From assembly GCA_003599635.1 (NCBI GenBank), contig QZIX01000009.1, forward strand, positions 407 through 64,406: DNA of 64,000 nucleotides, written 5' to 3'. Under the pieces are notes generated by a model. The model saw only the letters and a list, made by a program, of their open reading frames with translations. It did no database searches and was not told where the DNA came from. Positions within the stretch are counted from its first letter, which is position 1; the number at the start of each line of letters is the position of its first letter. This DNA comes from Candidatus Parcubacteria bacterium (lineage in GTDB: Bacteria > Patescibacteriota > Patescibacteriia > Buchananbacterales > SURF-54). A program made the position numbers and the translations under genes. Positions 51,051 to 60,798 of this stretch are shown in pieces.

Positions 51051-52061
51051 ATGAGTTTAGAGGAGCAGCTAAAACAATTAAGAAATAAATTTTTGCATGA
51101 AATCGGCAGGGCAAAGAATATACAAGCCCTGTCTGATTTGGAAATCAAATTTTTGGGCAGAAAAGGAGAAATGAGCAGAATTTTAAAGGGTTTAAAAAAT
51201 TTATCAGGTGAAGAAAAGCCAAAAATCGGCGCTTTGGCCAATGAGCTCAAAAATCAAATTGTAAATGATTTAAATAAGGCGTCGCAGGTAATAAAAGGCG
51301 AAGCAAAAGAAGAATTAATCGACCTGACTTTGCCCGGGAAAAAAGTAATGTACGGGCGCTTACACCCGATTACTCTGGTTAAAAATGAACTGGCGGATAT
51401 TTTTACCTCGATGAGCTTCATGGTTTTGGACGGGCCGGAGGCGGAATCAGATTTCTATAATTTTGAGAGCTTGAACATTCCGCCATATCATCCGGCACGC
51501 GACATGCAGGATACTTTTTACCTTAAAGACGGTAATGTCTTGCGGACCCAGACTTCCAATATGCAGGTTCGGGCGATGCAAAAATACGGCCCTCCCCTGC
51601 GGGCTGTTTTTCCCGGACGCGTTTTTAGAAATGAAGCGACCGATGCATCTCATGAAACCAATTTTTTTCAGTTTGAGGGGCTGATGATAGATAAAGACAT
51701 TAATATAGGAAATCTCGTCGCCACGATGCAGGAACTAATTTCGGGAGTTTTGAAAAAACAGGTAGAAGTGCGCTTGCGCCCCGGCTATTTTCCTTTTGTT
51801 GAACCCGGCTTTGAAATGGATGTCGAGTGCTTAAACTGCGGCGGCAAAGGCTGTCCGGTCTGCAAACATTCGGGCTGGGTGGAAATTTTCGGCTGCGGTT
51901 TGGTGCATCCCAATGTTTTAAAATACGGCGGTATTGACCCGAAAAAATGGTCGGGTTTTGCTTTTGGCCTTGGCCTGAACCGCCTGGTTATGGTCAAATA
52001 CGGCATTAACGACATCAGATTGTTTATGTCCGGGGATTTAAGGTTTTTGAAGCAGTTTTGA
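51051..52061 (+). CDS. pheS: phenylalanine--tRNA ligase alpha subunit
   Basis: Class II motifs (HPARDMQDTF, FRNE, GFAFGLGLNRL). I prefer ATG 51051 (MSLEEQLKQL...) over the track start at 50946, which overlaps the upstream gene. Confidence 0.95.
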   Translation: MSLEEQLKQLRNKFLHEIGRAKNIQALSDLEIKFLGRKGEMSRILKGLKNLSGEEKPKIGALANELKNQIVNDLNKASQVIKGEAKEELIDLTLPGKKVMYGRLHPITLVKNELADIFTSMSFMVLDGPEAESDFYNFESLNIPPYHPARDMQDTFYLKDGNVLRTQTSNMQVRAMQKYGPPLRAVFPGRVFRNEATDASHETNFFQFEGLMIDKDINIGNLVATMQELISGVLKKQVEVRLRPGYFPFVEPGFEMDVECLNCGGKGCPVCKHSGWVEIFGCGLVHPNVLKYGGIDPKKWSGFAFGLGLNRLVMVKYGINDIRLFMSGDLRFLKQF

Positions 52062-52062
52062 T

Positions 52063-52332
52063 ATGTGGCTTTGGATTCTGTCGTCAATGGGGTTAATAGG
52101 CGGATTGATAATTATTTCAGGATATCTGCCGCAGATTATCAAACTTTTAAAGGTAAAAGATTCCACAGGAATTAGCATAGGCGCATGGTTGTTTTTTTTG
52201 ATAGGAAATCTATTACTACTGGTTTATGCCGTTAGCACAAAAGATTTAGTTTATATAACTCTTGAATCATTATCATGTACCGCGATATTACTTATAGTTT
52301 TGTTAAGTATTAAGTATAAGCACAAGGTTTAG
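52063..52332 (+). CDS. PQ-loop / SemiSWEET-like 3-TM membrane protein
   Basis: 89 aa with three TM helices. The PQ motif lies in the first helix (GYLPQIIKLLK). It sits between pheS and pheT. Confidence 0.65.
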   Translation: MWLWILSSMGLIGGLIIISGYLPQIIKLLKVKDSTGISIGAWLFFLIGNLLLLVYAVSTKDLVYITLESLSCTAILLIVLLSIKYKHKV

Positions 52333-52400
52333 CTTAAAGAAGGTTTGATGCAAATGTTATCTTGAGCCGTAGGCCACCTTAAAACCGGATAACTATAATT

Positions 52401-54794
52401 ATGAAAGTATCCATAAACTGGTTAAAAAAATACGTCGATATTCCAAATAATTCATTGAAACCTAATGAGCTGGCTTTAAAATTGACCTTGTCAACAATGG
52501 AGGTGGAAGATGTAATCGATATGTCCTCAGCACTAAAGGGCGTAGTTATAGGCAAAATGGTTGAAATAAAAAAGCACCCGAATGCTGATAAGCTTCATGT
52601 GGCAAAGGTTGACGTAGGCAATAAAATGATTCAGGTAATTTTTGGGCAGGTGGTTAAATTGAAAGTCGGGGATATGCTGCCCATAGCTGTTGCGCCGGTT
52701 ACCTTGCCCACGGGAACAAATATCAAGAAAGCAAAAATCAGGGGTATTGAATCAGAGGGCATGTGCTGTTTAGACAGCGAGCTTGGAATTTCGGAAGAAG
52801 ATAAAGTTACGTTTTTTACAGACAAAGTAAAACCAGGTACACCAGTGGCCGATGCAATGAATTTACCAAGGGACGTGATTTTGGATATTGAAAATAAGTC
52901 CATAACTCACCGTCCTGATTTATGGGGGCATATCGGCATGGCCAGGGAAGTGGCGGCAATATTAGGCAAAAAGTTAAAGGAACCTAAGCTTTTGCCGGTT
53001 AAAACCAAAAAAGAGCTTGATTTGAAAGTCGAAATAAAAGATAAAAATGCCTGCCCGAGATACATCGGAATTGCAATATCGGGAATAAAAATTGCGCCGT
53101 CGCCTGTATGGATGCAGAAATTATTGTCTTCAGCCGGAATAAGGCCTATTAACAATATCGTCGATATTACCAATTTTGTTATGCTTGAGTTTGGCCAGCC
53201 GATGCATGCTTTCGATATCCGCCAGATTGAAGGTGGCAAAATAATAGTAAAGAAAGCCCAATCGGGGCAAGAATTTATTACGTTAGATGGGCAAAAAAGG
53301 CAGCTGACTTCGGAAGACCTGCTGATCAATGATACCAAAAGAGCAGTTGCTTTGGCGGGAGTTATGGGAGGTTTAAATTCGGAAGTCAAAGACGATACTA
53401 AAACCATTATTTTGGAGTCGGCAAACTTCAGCCCGGTTGTTATACGCAAAACATCTGCCCGTCTTAATTTAAGGACTGAAGCATCGGCAAGATTTGAAAA
53501 AAGCTTGGACCCAAATATGGCCGAAAAAGCCGCTGTCCGCGCCGTTAATTTGATTTTGGAAATTATTCCCGGAGCATACGTCAGCAGCAAAATAGCAGAC
53601 ATAAATTATTCAAAATCAAAAAAAATTAAGATAAAATTAGATCTGGATTTTTTGCAGAAAAAAATAGGTGAAAAAATTCCTGATAAAAAGGTAATTGAAA
53701 TCTTAAAAAATCTTGAGTTTAAAGTGAATAAAAGCAAAAATTTTTTATCAGTCGAGGTGCCCGGCTTTAGGGCGATGCGCGATGTTTCAATCCCCGAGGA
53801 TTTGGTTGAAGAAGTGTCAAGAATATACGGCTTTCAGAATATTAAGTCATCTTTACCGCAGATTCAAATAAAGAAACCAGAATTAGATAAAGAACTGGCA
53901 TTGGAAAGGACAGTAAAAAACTTTCTGGTTGGCGCGAACTTCGCGGAAACCTACAATTATTCTTTTATGACCGAAAAGGACGCCAAAATTTTCGGTTACA
54001 ATGAAAAAAATCTGGTTGAATTAAAAAATTACGCTGCTGCCGATCAAAGATTTTTAAGGCCCTGTCTGGTGCCGGGACTGATTAAAAACGCGGAACATAA
54101 TCTGCCGTACTTTGATGAAATCAAACTATTTGAACTGGGGCGTGTTTTTAAAAACGAGCCGGGCGAATATAAAACCGGCAAGGGCGACGGTTTTTTACCA
54201 AACCAGCCAAAACGGCTTTCCGGAATTATCGTAAGCAAAAATTCTAAAGATTTATTTTTTTCGGCCAAAGGGATAGTTGAATCTCTGGCCCAATATCTGA
54301 ATTTAAATATTTCTTTTAAGGATAACGATTATCTTTGGGTTAAAAACAGGCAGGGGCTGGAGGTCGTGTTTAACGGCAAACCATTGAAGCACAATTACGT
54401 TTATCTTTTTAACAGACAGGTTTACGATATTAAGGCGGAAGCGGCAATTTTTGACCTGAATTTTACCCAGCTGGCAAAATTGCCTGTTGAACAAAAAAAG
54501 TATTCGCCGATTCCTCAATTTCCTGAAATAAAAAGAGACCTGGCGGTTGTGACCGGCGAAAACATTTTATGGGCGGATGTTAAAAATGAAGTTGCGGCAG
54601 CGGACCCCTTGATTAAAGGAATAGAATATTTGAGTGTTTTTTCCAATGCTGGTCTGGGTATGAATAAAAAAAGTTTGGCATTTTCCATAATCTTCCGCTC
54701 TGATAAAAGAACGCTGCTGTCGGAAGAGGTGGATCAAATAATAAAAAAAATATTAAAGAGGCTGGAAGAAAAATTCGGTGCCAAACTTAGATAG
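52401..54794 (+). CDS. pheT: phenylalanine--tRNA ligase beta subunit
   Basis: N-terminal tRNA-binding domain (HPNADKL), then B3/4, B5 and FDX-ACB domains, 797 aa. Confidence 0.95.
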   Translation: MKVSINWLKKYVDIPNNSLKPNELALKLTLSTMEVEDVIDMSSALKGVVIGKMVEIKKHPNADKLHVAKVDVGNKMIQVIFGQVVKLKVGDMLPIAVAPVTLPTGTNIKKAKIRGIESEGMCCLDSELGISEEDKVTFFTDKVKPGTPVADAMNLPRDVILDIENKSITHRPDLWGHIGMAREVAAILGKKLKEPKLLPVKTKKELDLKVEIKDKNACPRYIGIAISGIKIAPSPVWMQKLLSSAGIRPINNIVDITNFVMLEFGQPMHAFDIRQIEGGKIIVKKAQSGQEFITLDGQKRQLTSEDLLINDTKRAVALAGVMGGLNSEVKDDTKTIILESANFSPVVIRKTSARLNLRTEASARFEKSLDPNMAEKAAVRAVNLILEIIPGAYVSSKIADINYSKSKKIKIKLDLDFLQKKIGEKIPDKKVIEILKNLEFKVNKSKNFLSVEVPGFRAMRDVSIPEDLVEEVSRIYGFQNIKSSLPQIQIKKPELDKELALERTVKNFLVGANFAETYNYSFMTEKDAKIFGYNEKNLVELKNYAAADQRFLRPCLVPGLIKNAEHNLPYFDEIKLFELGRVFKNEPGEYKTGKGDGFLPNQPKRLSGIIVSKNSKDLFFSAKGIVESLAQYLNLNISFKDNDYLWVKNRQGLEVVFNGKPLKHNYVYLFNRQVYDIKAEAAIFDLNFTQLAKLPVEQKKYSPIPQFPEIKRDLAVVTGENILWADVKNEVAAADPLIKGIEYLSVFSNAGLGMNKKSLAFSIIFRSDKRTLLSEEVDQIIKKILKRLEEKFGAKLR

Positions 54795-54852
54795 ATGATT
54801 TCTAAATTTTAAGCACTAAATCCTAAACAAATTCAATTCTAAAATTAAATTT

Positions 54853-54895
54853 GAAATTAGCGATTTGGAAATTAGAATTTGGGGCTTAGAATTTA
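54853..54895 (+). repeat. three tandem 14-15 bp units (GAAATTAG.GATTTG type)
   Basis: The units read gaaattagcgatttg / gaaattagaatttg / gggcttagaatttat. ATTTG recurs at 54849, 54863 and 54877, 14 nt apart, with a degenerate ATTTA at 54891. ATTTG is the reverse complement of the CAAAT motif seen at 6986-7041. Confidence 0.55.
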
Positions 54896-54904
54896 TAAAA
54901 ACTT

Positions 54905-55198
54905 ATGTTAGAGACTTCAAAAGATCTTCTTTACGTTGTTATCGCCTTTTCTCTGCTGTGGGTGGTGATTTTTATTTCCTGGGCGCTGTATTATGTTATT
55001 CAGATTTTGAAAAACAGCAGCAAAATGATGAAAAGCTTGCGGCAAAAGATGGAACTCGTTGACGACATTTTAAAATTGGTCAAAGACAAATTGGAAAAAA
55101 CATCCAGCCATATCGGTGTTCTGGCTGATTCGGCTATCAAAATTGTCGGTTATATTTTGGAACAAAAAAGGGGAAGCCGGGGCAAAAAGAAACGGTAA
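54905..55198 (+). CDS. small membrane-anchored coiled-coil protein, hypothetical
   Basis: TM segment LLYVVIAFSLLWVVIFISWALYYVI, followed by a coiled coil and a basic tail. Confidence 0.5.
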   Translation: MLETSKDLLYVVIAFSLLWVVIFISWALYYVIQILKNSSKMMKSLRQKMELVDDILKLVKDKLEKTSSHIGVLADSAIKIVGYILEQKRGSRGKKKR

Positions 55199-55516
55199 GA
55201 TGAGTGACAAATGTTACACCTCTTTTTCTTTTAAAAAATCGCCGGCGTAACCGGCGGGTACGTTTACGGCAATCGCTCGGTAAGTAAAATGAAATCACTT
55301 CCGACTCAGAAAGAAAGGAGGTGATTTTAAGAATGTCTAAATATTTCCCAAGAATCATTTAACCAATCGTTACAATCTTATTTAGGCATGTTAAAGCACT
55401 GTCAGAGCTATCAAATTCAAAAGGAAATAAAAGACATTTGTTATATATCAGATGATAAGTTATAATTATTTTAAGACAGATAGTTAACAGTCAACAGTTA
55501 ATTGTTAACGGTTATT

Positions 55517-55536
55517 AAGGCAAGCATGCTTGCCTT
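55517..55536. promoter_or_regulatory. 20-bp perfect palindrome upstream of dnaE
   Basis: aaggcaagca|tgcttgcctt lies 39 nt before the dnaE ATG. It is preceded by a cluster of GTTAA/AACAG short repeats at 55483-55516. Confidence 0.4.
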
Positions 55537-55574
55537 GGGAACCACGATTTCAAATCGGTTTCCTAAACAAAAAT

Positions 55575-58500
55575 ATGACCTATATTCATTTACACACGCA
55601 TTCGCATTATTCGCTTCTGGACGGTTTGGCAAAAATCAATGAACTTGTCGCCAAAGCCAAAGAATACAAAATGCCGGCTTTGGCTTTAACCGACCACGGC
55701 AACATGTACGGCGCTGTTGAATTCTATCAAAAAGCGAAAAAAGCCGGTATTAAGTCGATAATCGGCATGGAGGCGTATGTCGCTCGTAACGGCCATCAAA
55801 ATAAGCGGCCGAAAATCGATGATTCGCCTTACCATCTGATCTTGCTTGCCAAAAACAAAATCGGCTATCAAAATCTAATGAAACTGACAACCATCGCGCA
55901 CCTGGATGGTTTTTATTATAAGCCGAGAATTGACCATGATCTTTTGGAAAAATATCATGAGGGGCTAATCGGGCTTACCGCTTGTCTGCAGGGAGAAGTC
56001 GCCAGAACAATTTTAACGGGGGATATGGAAGCGGCTGAGCGCGTTATATTGAAATACCAGAAAATTTTTGGCGCCGGCAATTTCTTTTTGGAAGCCCAGT
56101 ATTTAAAAAACATACCAAAACAGATGGCGGTTAATGAAAGTCTTTTCAAACTGGGAAAAAAATTAGGGGTGGCCGTTGTCTGTACCAACGACGTTCATTA
56201 CCTGAACCCTGAAGATAATTTCGCGCAGGATGTGTTAGTCTGTATCCAGACCAAAAAGCAGGTAACCGATGATGACAGGCTGTCAATGATGACGGAAGAT
56301 TTTTCTTTCCGGTCACCAGGTCAGGTAAAAGAACAGTGGCGAGATTATCCGGAGATTATAAAAAATACGGAAATTGTCGCTAACCTGTGCGATTTGAACC
56401 TTGAATTCGGCAAAATTCTGCTGCCGAAATTCGATTTGCCAAAAGACCATGACCCCAATGAATATCTGAAGGATTTGTGCGATAAGGGGATGGAAGAGCG
56501 TTTTGGAAAAAAGCCGGATGAAAAAATAAAACAACGCCTGTCCTATGAACTGGATGTTATCCGAAAAACCGGCTATGCCTCATATTTTTTAATTGTCCAG
56601 GATTTTATCAACTGGGCAAAAAACAACGGCATTGTTGTCGGTCCGGGAAGGGGATCGGCTGCCGGAAGCCTGGTTTCATATCTGGTGAATATTACCGACA
56701 TTGATCCGATTAAATACGAACTGTTATTTGAAAGGTTTTTAAATCCCGAAAGAATTTCCATGCCCGACATTGACACGGATTTTGCCGACACCCGAAGAGA
56801 CGAGGTCATTCGTTATGTTGAAGTAAAATACGGCAAGGGCCATGTGGCGCAGATAATCACTTTCGGTACCATGGCTGCACGCGCGGCAATCCGCGACGTC
56901 GGCCGCGTTTTAGGGCTGCCTTACAGTTACTGCGACAAGGTGGCAAAAATGATCCCGATGTTTACAGGCCTGCAGGAAGCCATTGATACTGTCCCTGAAT
57001 TGCAGGAAGTGACGCGCGAGGCGGAAGGTAAAAAATTAATTGACACGGCAAAAAAACTGGAAGGCTGCGCCCGCCACGCCTCAACCCACGCCTGCGGCAT
57101 AGTTATTACACCCGAACCTTTGGTTAACTTTTGTCCGGAGCAATATTCAACCAAAGGCGACAATGAAATTATTTCTCAATATGAAATGCATGCCATAGAA
57201 GATTTAGGGCTGTTGAAAATGGATTTTCTGGGCTTAAAAAACTTAACTATTATTGAAAATACCCTGGAAATTTTAAAGAAAGCCCTGGATTTGCAACTGG
57301 CAATTGACAAAATTCCTTTAGACGATAAAAAAACTTTTCAGCTGTTAAAGAAAGGTGAAACTACCGGTGTTTTTCAGCTGGAATCATCAGGTATGAAGAG
57401 ATATTTAAAAATGTTAAAACCCACGGAATTTGAAGATATTATCGCTATGGTGGCGCTTTACCGGCCAGGGCCGATGGAGTTCATTGACGACTATATTAAA
57501 GGCAAAAACGGCAAAATAATTCCTTATTACCATGACAAAAGATTGGAGCCGATTTTGTCCAAAACCTACGGTATTGCGGTTTACCAGGAACAGATTATGG
57601 AAATCGCCAGAAGTCTGGCCGGTTTTTCCTATTCGGAAGCCGATGTGTTAAGAAAAGCTGTCGGTAAAAAAATCAAGGAACTTTTAGACGAACAGGAAGA
57701 AAAAATGATCGCCGGTATGATTAATAACGGCATCAAACCGCAGATCGCCAAACAAATCTGGGATTTTGTAATTCCTTTCGCCCGCTACGGTTTTAACCGG
57801 TCGCATGCCGCATGTTACGCCTTGATAGCTTACCGGACCGCCTATCTGAAAGCGCATTATCCGGCTGAATTTATGGCTTCGTTGCTGACAGCCGACCAGG
57901 GCAATATGGACAGGATAGCTATTGAAGTCGAGGAATGCCGTCAGATGGGGTTACAGGTTCTGCCGCCGGATATCAATGAAAGTTTTTCAACCTTCACTGT
58001 AGTTTATGAAAACCGTAAGGCAACCTGGCGGCTGCGTTTCGGACTTTCGGCTATAAAAAATCTGGGAGAAAACATTGTTTCAGAAATTATCAAGGAAAGG
58101 AAATTCTCGGGTCCGTTCAAGAATCTTGAAGACCTGCTCAGCCGCGTCAAGACCAAAGATTTGAATAAAAAATCTCTTGAAGCGCTGATTAAATCAGGCG
58201 CGCTGGACAGTTTCGGTGAAAGAAATCAGATGGTGTTTAACATTGAAAAACTGCTGTTATTTATAAAAAATATCAATGCTGAAATTGAAAGCAAGCAGGC
58301 CAATCTATTCGGTCTTATGGCGGCCAGCCAGAGTCTGCCCAAGCTTGTTTTGGAATCTATTGAAGCGGCAACCGACAAACAAAAGCTGGCCTGGGAAAAG
58401 GAATTTTTAGGTTTGTACGTTTCGTCGCATCCGATGCGCGAATATGCCCCGTATCTGCAGGATAAAGTAGTGCCTTTGGCGGCAATTCTATCAGACAGGA

Positions 58501-59102
58501 ACTCGCAGAAAAAAATTCTTAAGGTCGCGGGAATAATCAGCACGGTCAAAAAAATAACAACCAAAAACGGAGAGCCGATGATTTTTGCGCGTATTGAAGA
58601 TGCCACGTCCGGAATCGAAGTTCTGGTTTTCCCGTCAATTTTAAAAGCCGGACCGGATATTTGGGCAGAAGATAAAATCGTTATGATTTCGTGCAAGATT
58701 TCAGACAAGGACGGGGAACCGAAATTAATCTGCAATCATGCCAGGGAGATAAACAAGGAAAGGATTTCGGAAGTTTTTAAAGAAATCGAAGCGCTGGAAA
58801 AAACTTCTGGTGAAAGGTACTTCCGGTCAAATGGCTTTGCCGGTGAAAAAGTGCAGATTATTTCCGGCACGGCTTACGTAAAAGTTCCGGCAGTCATCAG
58901 CCGGCTTTTGGCTGAACAGTTGAAAGCTGAATTTAGAAAAACCCCCGGACATTATAAGGTTATTCTTTTAACCAGAGACGGCGGCCAGACCAAAAAAATA
59001 GCCACTTATTATACGATAAACAACAGTAAAGACGCGGTTTCGGGAATTGAAAATATATTGGGAAAAAATACGGTTATGTTTGAAAATATCGATAATTCTT
59101 AG
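55575..59102 (+). CDS. dnaE: DNA polymerase III alpha subunit
   Basis: PHP domain (IHLHTHSHYSLLDG), the palm motif region including PDIDTDF, an HhH region and an OB fold. I prefer ATG 55575 over the track start at 55530. Confidence 0.95.
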   Translation: MTYIHLHTHSHYSLLDGLAKINELVAKAKEYKMPALALTDHGNMYGAVEFYQKAKKAGIKSIIGMEAYVARNGHQNKRPKIDDSPYHLILLAKNKIGYQNLMKLTTIAHLDGFYYKPRIDHDLLEKYHEGLIGLTACLQGEVARTILTGDMEAAERVILKYQKIFGAGNFFLEAQYLKNIPKQMAVNESLFKLGKKLGVAVVCTNDVHYLNPEDNFAQDVLVCIQTKKQVTDDDRLSMMTEDFSFRSPGQVKEQWRDYPEIIKNTEIVANLCDLNLEFGKILLPKFDLPKDHDPNEYLKDLCDKGMEERFGKKPDEKIKQRLSYELDVIRKTGYASYFLIVQDFINWAKNNGIVVGPGRGSAAGSLVSYLVNITDIDPIKYELLFERFLNPERISMPDIDTDFADTRRDEVIRYVEVKYGKGHVAQIITFGTMAARAAIRDVGRVLGLPYSYCDKVAKMIPMFTGLQEAIDTVPELQEVTREAEGKKLIDTAKKLEGCARHASTHACGIVITPEPLVNFCPEQYSTKGDNEIISQYEMHAIEDLGLLKMDFLGLKNLTIIENTLEILKKALDLQLAIDKIPLDDKKTFQLLKKGETTGVFQLESSGMKRYLKMLKPTEFEDIIAMVALYRPGPMEFIDDYIKGKNGKIIPYYHDKRLEPILSKTYGIAVYQEQIMEIARSLAGFSYSEADVLRKAVGKKIKELLDEQEEKMIAGMINNGIKPQIAKQIWDFVIPFARYGFNRSHAACYALIAYRTAYLKAHYPAEFMASLLTADQGNMDRIAIEVEECRQMGLQVLPPDINESFSTFTVVYENRKATWRLRFGLSAIKNLGENIVSEIIKERKFSGPFKNLEDLLSRVKTKDLNKKSLEALIKSGALDSFGERNQMVFNIEKLLLFIKNINAEIESKQANLFGLMAASQSLPKLVLESIEAATDKQKLAWEKEFLGLYVSSHPMREYAPYLQDKVVPLAAILSDRNSQKKILKVAGIISTVKKITTKNGEPMIFARIEDATSGIEVLVFPSILKAGPDIWAEDKIVMISCKISDKDGEPKLICNHAREINKERISEVFKEIEALEKTSGERYFRSNGFAGEKVQIISGTAYVKVPAVISRLLAEQLKAEFRKTPGHYKVILLTRDGGQTKKIATYYTINNSKDAVSGIENILGKNTVMFENIDNS

Positions 59103-59172
59103 TATAATTCAGATGTTAATTGGCAATACGCAAAGTGACTGAAAATTGTTCATAATCTAATAAATTTACTTT

Positions 59173-60312
59173 ATGCCATCCGAGGTAACAAAATTTTACA
59201 AATACACAGCCATTTTTTTTGTTTCTTTGGCTCTTTTCTTGATGATCGGTATCTATAACATGGGCATGGGTTCGGTAAAAATAATTATTTTTCCTTCGCA
59301 ATCCACGATAGATGCTGAATTTATAATTGATGTCCGTGAAATGCCTTTTAATCCCATTGAACTTTCAGAAAATGAAATTTCTGGCAGAATATTTGAAGTG
59401 ACCAGGGAAGGTAAGAAAAAATACCTGCCCACTGGGTCGAGGTTTGTTTCAGGAAGCTCAGCCGGCAAAGTTACCATTGTCAATAACTATTCCAAAGACC
59501 AGACCCTGGTGAAAACCACCCGGCTTCTTTCATCCGAAGGTATACTTTTTAGAACAAGCAAGGATATAGTTGTTCCGGCCGGCGGAAAAGTGTCAGTTGA
59601 AATCTATCCGGACAATCCCGATAAATTCACGGAAGTTTTACCGGGAAGGTTTACAATTCCCGGTTTGTGGGCGGGGTTGCAGAATAAAATTTACGGAGAA
59701 AGCGATACGAAATTGTCCAAAACCGGCTATGAAATAAAAATTGTCACCGCTGAAGATATGGCCAAAGCCGAGGAGGATTTGAAAAACGTTCTTTATCAGG
59801 AGGCATTAAATGAAGTTAATGCTCAGCTGACGCCGGCTGAAAAAATATTAACCAAAGTGGTTGAAAGCGATATTGAACAAAACCTGTCATCAGCCGAAGC
59901 GGGTGCGGAAATTGATGAATTTGAAGAAAATCTGAAAGTAAAAACTGTTTTTGTCGTTTTTGACGAAAAAAATTTATTGAAAAAAGCGGAGGAAAAATCC
60001 CAAGAGTTGCTGCCTTCGGGAAAACGGCTGTCGGGGCTCGGGCTGGAAAACCTAAGTTATGAAATTGAAAAGTACGATATAGCAGATAAGGCCGCTAATT
60101 TAAAAGTACTGATAAGCGGGCAGGCCATGCTTACCGGAGAAAGTTCAATTTTTGACAAGGAAAAACTGACGGGAAAAACAGCCGAAGAAATAAAAAATTA
60201 TTTACTGGAATTTGAAGAAATTAAAGATGTGGAAGTAAAATTGACGCCGTCATGGGCCAAAAAAAGCCCTTCGGCAGCTGACAGAATTGAAATCGAAATT
60301 AATTCCGGATAA
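59173..60312 (+). CDS. membrane-anchored hypothetical protein
   Basis: N-terminal TM segment (AIFFVSLALFLMIGIY). The central ..GKVTIVNNYSKDQTLVKTTRLLSSEGILFRT..VVPAGG..SVEI is faintly reminiscent of baseplate-J-like annotations, but this is unverified. Confidence 0.5.
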   Translation: MPSEVTKFYKYTAIFFVSLALFLMIGIYNMGMGSVKIIIFPSQSTIDAEFIIDVREMPFNPIELSENEISGRIFEVTREGKKKYLPTGSRFVSGSSAGKVTIVNNYSKDQTLVKTTRLLSSEGILFRTSKDIVVPAGGKVSVEIYPDNPDKFTEVLPGRFTIPGLWAGLQNKIYGESDTKLSKTGYEIKIVTAEDMAKAEEDLKNVLYQEALNEVNAQLTPAEKILTKVVESDIEQNLSSAEAGAEIDEFEENLKVKTVFVVFDEKNLLKKAEEKSQELLPSGKRLSGLGLENLSYEIEKYDIADKAANLKVLISGQAMLTGESSIFDKEKLTGKTAEEIKNYLLEFEEIKDVEVKLTPSWAKKSPSAADRIEIEINSG

Positions 60313-60424
60313 AAAAGCGCCGGAATTATCAGTGGCGGGATTGCTCTTGTTTTGAGTGATTTTTTTTGCGGTATCGGCTGTTTACCGTTGTTTTGCGGCT
60401 TTTTCATCACAGCTAAAAGTAAAT

Positions 60425-60453
60425 TTGACATTATTTTTTTATGGTTGTATGCT
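60425..60453 (+). promoter_or_regulatory. sigma70-like promoter for the T-box leader
   Basis: TTGACA at 60425-60430, a 17-nt spacer, then TATGCT at 60448-60453. Confidence 0.55.
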
Positions 60454-60459
60454 TAAAAT

Positions 60460-60639
60460 CAAAGCGATTGAGGCGGCTACCAACCGCCTATTGACCAAAC
60501 CAATTTTCGTCAAGGCGAAACTAAGCTTTAAAAAAACAAGCGGTCCGGCTGTTGTAGCGCCGGATAATGTGGGTGGAACCGCGGGGTAAATGCCTCGTCC
60601 CAGAAATTGATTTTTCAATTTTTGAGACGAGGTTTTTTT
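60460..60639 (+). promoter_or_regulatory. T-box riboswitch leader (threonine specifier candidates) with intrinsic terminator
   Basis: The conserved T-box sequence aatgtGGGTGGAACCGCGG lies at 60566-60584. A Stem III-like hairpin tccggc/gccgga lies just upstream. The terminator is cctcgtc (60593-60599) paired with gacgagg (60626-60632), followed by ttttttt. The strand cctcgtccc is shared with the antiterminator. Thr codons sit in loop contexts: GAA-ACU-A at 60517-60523 and ACC at 60479-60481. Confidence 0.75.
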
Positions 60640-60798
60640 GAACCCGTGTTATTGTCGAATGTTATGTTGCCGTTTATGCGAGTGGATGAACCATACCGTA
60701 CAATATTTATAGATGGGATTTGTTAACTCCATTCTCTGAATATACAAAAATATCATTTCGTAGAGAATGACAAATAGAAATAATATTTATAAAATACT

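Noticed and set aside
52907-53602. 231-aa antisense ORF inside pheT (similar cases: 58226..58735 in dnaE, 33777..34196 in uvrB)
   Set aside because: These are long antisense shadows within highly conserved housekeeping genes and show no motifs.
54865-55062. 65-aa ORF starting in the tandem repeat (MEIRIWGLEFIK...)
   Set aside because: Its N-terminus is simply the translated 14-15 bp repeat. It overlaps the better-supported 54905..55198 ORF in another frame.
60356-60589. 77-aa ORF covering the region upstream of the GNAT gene
   Set aside because: It overlaps the promoter and T-box leader. The conserved T-box sequence and terminator explain the region better than a protein.
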